A stretch of DNA of 57,405 nt from Peribolospora baueri. Its lineage: Eukaryota. Shown here piece after piece: positions 50,302 to 57,405 of the stretch. Where the stretch lies: the NCBI GenBank assembly GCA_029717555.1, contig JAMDHS010000015.1, positions 248,001 through 305,405 of the forward strand, in the 5' to 3' direction. Within the stretch, counting starts at the first letter, position 1, and each line of letters starts with the position of its first letter. Made by a program: the position numbers and the translations under genes. Under the pieces are notes generated by a model. That model saw nothing but the letters and a program-made list of their open reading frames with translations, did no database searches and was not told the DNA's origin.

Positions 50302-51995
50302 CTATACATCGTCGTCGTCCCTCTCCCTCTCGTCGTCCTTCTCCTCCTCCTCCTTTTCATCCACCCAGGCGCCCGCGAGGTCCGGCGGGAGCTCCTCCAT
50401 CTGCACGCTCGGCGCTCCGTGCATGTACCTGAGCCGCTCGAGGATGGCGATACGCACGCGCTCCAGATCGGAACGATCGTTCATGTTGTCCACCCGGCCC
50501 GTCAAGGGCGGGTGCAGGCGGTTGGTTGGGGCAAAGAAAGCGTCGTATGGCGTGTGAGGCAGGGGGTCGGGCACCTGCGTCTCGGTGACGATGGACGTCT
50601 CGTACGTCCAACAGCGAGCGACGTTGCGGATCGTGTAGCCACCTCCGCCGAGGACGAGGAGGGGGATACCAAACGCCTTGACGAACGACACGCACTCGCC
50701 GTGGGCGGCAATGCTCAAGTTGAACGCGCCCAACCTGTCATAGCCGAGACTATCGGCACCACACTGGAGCACGATGGCTGAGGGCCGGAAGGTGGTGATG
50801 ACGGGCTCCATGACGCTCTTGAACAGGCTCACGTAACTCTCGTTATCGATACCGTCCTTGAGTGGCACGTTGAGACAAAAGTGCTTGCCCAGCTGGTTAC
50901 CGACCTCATCGATGCTGCCCGTGCCAGGAAAGAAGTCACCGGTGTACTTGTGGAAAGAGACGGTGAGTACGCGGTTTGAATTGTAAAAGGCCTCTTGGAC
51001 GCCGTCACCGTGGTGGATGTCGATGTCGATGTACAATACGCGGGGGTGATATCTACGAGAAAGGAAAACCGAAACATGAGCGCGACTACAGCGACAAAAT
51101 CTCATCGGACGCTGACCTACCTAAGCAGCTCGAGAATGGCAAGCACGATATCGTTGACATAGCAAAACCCGCTGGCCTCAAATTTTTTCGCATGATGCAA
51201 CCCGCCGCTCCAGTTGACGGCGATGTCTACGCTCCCGGTGGCAAGCTTTCGAGCGGCAGCCAAAGAGCCTCCGGCGTACTTGCGACAGAACTCGTACAGT
51301 CCGTCAAAGACGGGACAGTCATCGCCAAAGTTAAAGCGCCCAAACTGGGAGGAGAGCTGTGGTGGCGGATCGGGCGTTACCCTGCATGGAGAGGTAATCA
51401 AGGTGACCATCAGCAACGCGATGCGACCAACCCCGAACCCGGAAGCGACCGACCCCGAACCCGGAAAAGATGCCTCACTTCTCAAGAAAGTCAACATAGT
51501 CAGAGTCATGAAAGGCCTCGAGCTCCTCCTTAGTAGCCGGTCGAGGCCGGAATACGTCCATGTGCTTCTGTAAACCGTAGCCCATCACGAGATGGTTCGT
51601 GAGGGTGAGCCTATGCGGCTTCATCGGATGTCGCTCCTGTGAAGGGAGGAGCATTGTGAGCGATCGATGGAAATCCCACGTCAGCTAGAAGAGGCACAGA
51701 GCATGGATGCTCACTCCATAATGGTATTCGCCCGCTCCTACGGGCATGTAGTATGCCACGCGTTGCTTGGAATGAGGCTTGTGCGTCGTCCGGACGAAAG
51801 AGGGGGTAGCGCAAGTCAGCCCAAAGCGAAATCTAAACGCATGGGTCAACGCACATACAAAAAGGCAAAAGGAGGACGCGCGCTCACCCTCACGCTCTTG
51901 GCATCGGTTTCCCTGGCTTTGAAGTTGTCGCCACTCCTATCGAAGAAGAAGGCACTGTCGCTGAACGTCGGCTCGTCCAGCGCGACAGGGGCCAT
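50302..51995 (-). CDS. HOS2: Class I histone deacetylase, Hos2-type, multi-exon
   Basis: [89 protein letters not shown]. Confidence 0.93.
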
Positions 51996-52358
51996 TGTCT
52001 GCTCGCAGGTGTGGCAAGGCACTGCGGGGCGACAATATCATAGTACAGGGTGGGAGAGGCGGTGTGATGCGCCCGTGTGTGGGCGAGGGATACGAAGGGC
52101 GCCGGCCAGCTGGTGGGTGGTCGTCTTCGTCGTCGCCGTCGTCGTCGTCGAAAGCAAAGGACAGGCAGGGCTTGGCGGTATTCCATGTCGGACTGGTGCC
52201 GCAGTCAGGATCACGTGCCGGCAACTTGATGACGCACACCGCCCCGCTTGAGCGACTGCCACAGCCATCAAGGCAGACGGTCTCGTCGACGGTCACTGTC
52301 TCCGTCCTCTTCTGTCCTCCTCGCCAGCACGTCGATCCCGTAGACACAACACGCAAGC

Positions 52359-53753
52359 ATGCCTTCGCTCAGCGACTTGGAGGAGTGGATCGAGGACGTG
52401 GTTCCGCAGAACTTGGTGAGTCGAAGGACGACGAGTGATGAGGTGATTGCGTGCTGACGCAGAGGTGCCGGCCGTGCTCTCTCATCGCACTGGTTTTTTT
52501 TTCCGTTGTGAAGCATGAGTTGCCAGCCAAGGTGCGGTGCGAGCGCCTTTTTGTAAATGACTGACTGAACTATGTGAAAGTTCTGACGGACGGACGGATG
52601 GTCAAAGGGGAATGCTGATTTGGACTGGCGACTTGCGTTCCAACAGATCGCTGTCACTGTCTCTGTCTATTCCGAAGCGCTCTATTCCCAGCTCACGCGC
52701 TTCGGCCCGCCAATCGAGCTTCCCTCGTTCAGCCAAGCGACAGAGTCAATCTCCGAAGCGCTCAACCCCGCGCCGCCTCCACCGCCGGCGGCTTCGCCCA
52801 CGTTCCTTGAGCGCCTGTCGAACTATGCGCGCGAGCGGCGCACTCAGTTGATCGTCGCTGCCTTTGTCGGCAGTGGAGCGCTGGTCTGGTGGGCGCCTGG
52901 GCTCTTGCCGCCGTCGACGCGGCGCAGGCTCGGCCTCGGTGCGGTACGGGACAAGAAGGGCCGGCGGGAGGTCAGGATCAGCAATGGGACTCGTCGGGAG
53001 GCTGTCGGTGAGCCCGATCTCGCCCTCTCTTCCATTTCCTTGCTATTAGATTTTCTGACGTTGTCCTTTCGTCTGCAGTGGTGCTCGGAGCGGACACGCC
53101 TCATGGACACTCGTTGGCTCTTTCGCTGCTCTCCGCCGGCTTTGTCGTCTTCGCCACCGTCTCGTCGCCTCCTTCGACCGGCGTGCTGACGTCTGCGGTG
53201 CCGGCTTCGTCTGCCGACGCGGGCTATATCAAGCCTTTGCTCCTCGATCCGACGTCGCCCACGACGTCGCTGCCGCTGTTCATGCGGTCGCTCTCGGCGG
53301 CGCTGTCGCTGCGGTACCCGCTCACGTCGGCGGGAGACCCGTACGCGAGCCCTTCCGAGTCGGTGAGCGTGACGGCGGTGGTGAACTGTCTGAGCCTGAC
53401 GACGAGCGTGAACCCGTCGCCGCTGGAGACGTTCTCGCCCTCGCACCTGTCCGAGCTCATCACGTCGCACGTGACGGCGCCTCTGGCGGCGATCAACGCA
53501 CTGATGCCGGTGCTGCGAAGCTCGGGAAGGAACCCGCGGGCGGAGCCAGCAACGGTGATCAGTCTGGTGGAGGCGCCTTCGAAGAACACGAACCTGCCGT
53601 GGTGCGCGCCGAAGACGGCGGTGGCGAATGCGGTCGCGGCGGCGAATGAGAGTTTGCGTAGGGAGGTGGAAGCGGTGGGACGGTCGAAGGGGACGAGGAC
53701 GGTGCGGGTGACGACGCTCGAGGTCGGATTCGTCGCGACGGGCGGTGGAGGCG

Positions 53754-53785
<32 letters not shown>

Positions 53786-54646
53786 GGAGGGGCGGAAAGC
53801 GCGAGGGAGGAGGAGCGACGGGTGTCCGAGGTCATCTCGTCGTGGCCTTCGTTCTTGCGTTCCGTCTACGGGCCTTCGTTCTCCCAGGGCTCGCCCATGC
53901 TTTCTCGCCCGAGCATCGACGGGGCCGGTGGCGAGGTGGCGTCGCGGTGGTCATCCTCGTCGTGGTGGCCGTCGTGGTCATTGTCGTCGGCGTACGGCAA
54001 AGCGCGCGAGCCGTCGTCAGCAAGCAAGCTGCACGACGCGGTGCTGGACGTCATCCTATCCTCGCATCCGCGCGCAAGTCGGTCGCAATGCGTTGGCGCG
54101 GGCGCGGGGACGTACGCGCTGGCCGGACTGCTTCCCGCGGCGTTGTTGGACGTTGTGCTGAAAGCGCGCAGCGCGCTGGGCGGGAGGGTGTACCCCGTAT
54201 CGCTGCCGCGTTTCGACGCCGAGGCTCAGGCGGGGAGGCTGTCCGGGGCCGGGGCCGGGGTTGGCGCTGCAGGCGCGAGCGCGGCGGCGGGGACGACGAC
54301 GACGACGACGGCGCATCAAGGCCAGCCTGGCTCGACGTCGGTGTCGTCGCTGCCATCGTCGCTGCCGTCGAGCGCGTACGCGTCGTCGGCGCCTTCGACG
54401 TCGTCCAAGGCGGGGAGCGCTGCGGAGGTGTCACCGCCGCCGTCGTCTGGATCGGGAGAGGAGGAAGGAGAAGGAGAGGGAGAAGGAGAGGCGGCTGCGT
54501 CGTCGTCGACGGCGGCGGGACCGGCGAGGGGGACGGGCGGCGCGGAGAGCTTGTCGGGCAGCAGCGGCGTTTGGGAGGCCGGAGGTCGGTCGCAGGGGAG
54601 CCTGATGGGGGAGAGCTGGGTGGCTTTGGACGACCGCCGAGAGTAG
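52359..54646 (+). CDS. DUF1776-like degenerate short-chain-dehydrogenase-fold membrane protein, multi-exon
   Basis: MPSLSDLEEWIEDVVPQNL|...LTRFGPP, a TM segment, RREAV|VVLGADTPHGHSLALSL..GFVVFATV, GYIKPLLLDP and LRYPLTSAGDPYA. The 5' exons are inferred. Confidence 0.7.
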
Positions 54647-54782
54647 TGACGGACGGCGGGCCGGTCGGATGGTTGTGATTGACGGTGTGCGTTGTGTTTC
54701 TCCGGCGGACGTCGAAGATCGTCCCCGGGTGTCTTGTCACCGTTTCTGTTTCCCGTTTCATCGAGTGTGTGTTTTTTGTGCG

Positions 54783-54848
54783 TGTCTTTTTGTCTTTTTG
54801 TCTGTCTGTCTGTCTGTCTGCCTGCCTGTCTATCTGTTTGTCTGTCTT
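54783..54848. repeat. (TGTC)n-rich microsatellite
   Basis: Runs of TGTC/TGCC tetramers. Confidence 0.75.
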
Positions 54849-55387
54849 TCGTCGTCGTCGTCGTCTCGAACAGAGTCTCTTGGCCCGTGCGGCGAGAGTG
54901 GGATCGGCGAGGTGCAGTGCATGCTTGTCGGCCCAACCAGTGGGTGTGCGCCCGCGCCTGTATGGCTTGTCACGTGACTCTACCACGTGGACTGGGCGGG
55001 TTTGGCTGCAATGCTCGGATTGCGATTGCCGGTGGAGGAGGGAAAGACAAAGTGGGTTGACGTTATCGGCGGTGGTGGTGGCGGTGGCAGACGGTGGGCG
55101 GTGAGAGGGGGAGTCGGGCGTCGTGAGCACTGACGTTGTGGCTCGCTCGCTCGCCAAGGCCAAGCAGGGCCAAGCAAGCAAGCAAGCCAAGGTATCGTCG
55201 GCCGTCGGTTTGCGCCGTTCGAGCGTCGTTGGTCCGAGCGCGGGCGCGGTCGGGAGAGGGAAACCGGGGAAGGGATGGGCCGAGGGAGGGAGTCGGGTGC
55301 AGTGCAGAGGAGCGATAGGAGTGGGCGAGAGAGAGAGAAGGAGCGAGAGCGAGACTAGGGACGGACGGACGCTGATGACCGACTGAC

Positions 55388-55499
55388 GAACGAACGAACG
55401 AACGAACGAACGAACGTCGAAGGAGGACCGACGACGACCGACGACAACGTCCGACTAACCGTCGTTGCAATTTATCATCCTTTTTCTTTCTTTCTTTCT

Positions 55500-55530
<31 letters not shown>
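55388..55530. repeat. (GAAC)n, (GAC)n and (CTTT)n microsatellites upstream of ERG5
   Basis: About 7 GAAC copies at 55388-55415 and imperfect CTTT repeats at ~55485-55530. Confidence 0.85.
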
Positions 55531-55531
<1 letters not shown>

Positions 55532-55659
55532 GCCTCCCTCCCTCCCTCCACCACATTCCTCCAAGACCACCGTCCCCCTCCCTCCCTCCCTCCTCTCCAC
55601 CACCACCACCACCATCAACCGCCTCCCCCACGGCGCTCGCTCGCCTCCCCTCCCACCCC

Positions 55660-57334
55660 ATGGCGTCCCTCTTCTTCCCCTCCCGCCTCAACGGCTCGGC
55701 CGCCGCCATGCCCGCCTCCTTCCACTCCGACGACGCCCTCCACGCCTTGCTCCCCACCCTCAACCGCCGCCTCGCAGAGCTCTCCCCCGCCACGCTCGCC
55801 GCTACCCTCCTCGCCGTCATCCTCTCCCTCCTCGCCCTCGAGCAGGCCGTCTACAGATACAGAAAGGCCCATCTGCCCGGCCCCAAGTGGACCATCCCCA
55901 TCATCGGAAAGTTCGCCGATAGCCTCAACCCGTCCCTGGAGAACTACATGAAGGGCTGGAACTCGGGCCCGCTCAGCGCCGCCAGCGTCTTCCACATGTG
56001 CGTTCCGGAGGGACGGCTTTATCGCACTGACATGCATGACAGACGGACGGAAGGATGGACTGACATGGCTTTTCGAACACCCCCCTCAGCTTCATCGTCA
56101 TAGCCTCCTCCACCGAGCACACCCGTAAAATCCTCAACAGCCCCAACTATGCAGAGCCTTGCCTCGTCGCCTCGGCCAAAAAGGTCCTCTGCCCTGATAA
56201 CTGGTGAGTCTCGCTGGCCAGCACAGCACTCGCACCCCATCGCTTATTCCTTTCCTTTTCCCGCGTCCCTCCAAGGGTCTTCCTCAACGGCAAGGTCCAC
56301 GTCGACTACCGCAGGGGCCTCAACACGCTTTTCACCCGCCAAGCGCTCAGGTGTGTGTGCGGTCGGTCGATGCTTCCTGAAAGAACGTCGGCCAAGCTGA
56401 CTTCCTCCCGCACTCATCTCCCCCGCAGCATGTACCTCGGCATCCAGGAGAACATCTATCGCAAGTGCTTCCGCGCCTGGCTCGCTGACTCCAGCTCCAA
56501 GCCGCGCGAGCACATGATGCACTTCCGAGACCTCAACATGGAGACCTCGCTCCGCGTCTTCTGTGGCAACTACATCCCCGACGAGGCCGCCGAAGAGGTG
56601 TCGAAGAACTACTGGCTCATCACAGTCGCCCTCGAGCTCGTCAACTTTCCTTTCGCCTTCCCCGGCACCAAGGTGTACAACGCGATCCAGGCTCGCAAGG
56701 TGGCCATGAAGTGGTTCGAGCACACGGCAAGCGAGAGCAAGAAGCGCATGGAGCGCGGTGAGGAGGTGACGTGCCTCACCGATGCATGGATCAAGAGCAT
56801 GATCGACGCGAGGAAGGGCAAGGACGAGAATGACAGCGAGACGAGGAGGGTGCTGGTCAGAGAGTACTCCGATCGCGAGATCGCCATGGTCCTCCTGAGC
56901 TTCTTGTTCGCCTCTCAGGACGCCATGTCCTCCGCTCTTACTTATCTCTTCCAGCACATGGCCGACCGGCCGGACGTGCTGGCCAAGCTCCGCGAGGAGC
57001 AGTACGCGGTGCGCGGCAACGACGTCGACTCGCCGCTCACGATCGACAAGCTCGACGCGATGCCTTACACCCGCGCCGTCGTCCGCGAGTCCCTCCGTCT
57101 CAAGCCGCCAGTGATCATGGTGCCTTACTCGACCAAGAAGCCGTTCCCGATCGACGAAAACTACACGGTGCCCAAGGGAGCCATGGTGGTGCCTAGCTTT
57201 TGGAACGCACTCCACGACGAGAACGTCTACCCGCGTCCGGACGAGCTCATCCCCGAGAGGTGGCTCGAGCCAAAGGAGACGAATTTGGCAGAGCAGAACC
57301 CGAAGAACTGGCTCGTGTTCGGCAATGGCCCTCA
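55660..57334 (+). CDS. ERG5: Sterol C-22 desaturase CYP61 (3' partial), multi-exon
   Basis: LEQAVYRYRKAHLPGPKWTIPIIGKF, FLNGKVHVDYRRGLN, I-helix FLFASQDA, ESLR (ExxR), PERW and NWLVFGNGP(H). An intron begins just before the heme Cys, which lies beyond the window. Confidence 0.95.
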
Positions 57335-57349
57335 GTGAGCGCCTTTTCG

Positions 57350-57350
<1 letters not shown>

Positions 57351-57405
<55 letters not shown>
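57351..57405. repeat. Poly(T) homopolymer at window end
   Basis: 55 consecutive T inside the last visible ERG5 intron. Confidence 0.9.

Noticed and set aside
57351..57405. Poly(T) as a retroposed poly(A) tail
   Set aside because: It lies at the window edge inside an ERG5 intron. Nothing beyond it is visible, and a homopolymer at a contig break is the simpler explanation.

Overview
Gene-dense, GC-rich, intron-rich eukaryotic DNA. The gene content, GT(G/A)AG donors and CTGAC/CTAAC branch points indicate a fungus, most likely a basidiomycete. The window holds about 19 protein-coding genes: the 3' end of a GYF/Smy2-like gene, an Ntn asparaginase, Sgf11, a glutaredoxin-like protein, a ZCCHC8-like protein, an alpha/beta hydrolase, Mto1/ApsB, Yvh1, Lso2/CCDC124, phospholipase D, Rbg2/DRG2, Vps4, a spartin-like protein, an LEA-like protein, Rrg7, a SAM-domain tail-anchored protein, Hos2, a DUF1776-like protein and a truncated Erg5. 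It also contains a degenerate composite retroelement at 7.4-11.4 kb, in which Ty3/gypsy gag-protease is joined to a tyrosine-recombinase element through a ~460-bp palindrome. The most notable feature is invisible to the ORF track. The apparent intergenic region at 35.9-37.6 kb carries, on the minus strand, an RNase MRP RNA gene followed 68 nt later by a spliced host unit. Each of the host's four introns contains a box C/D snoRNA (snR47, snR67-like, SNORD5-like, snR53-like), which suggests one co-transcribed rRNA-maturation ncRNA unit. Exon boundaries were read by eye. rRNA targets were matched to conserved rRNA sequence from memory (S. cerevisiae or human numbering) and need computational confirmation.
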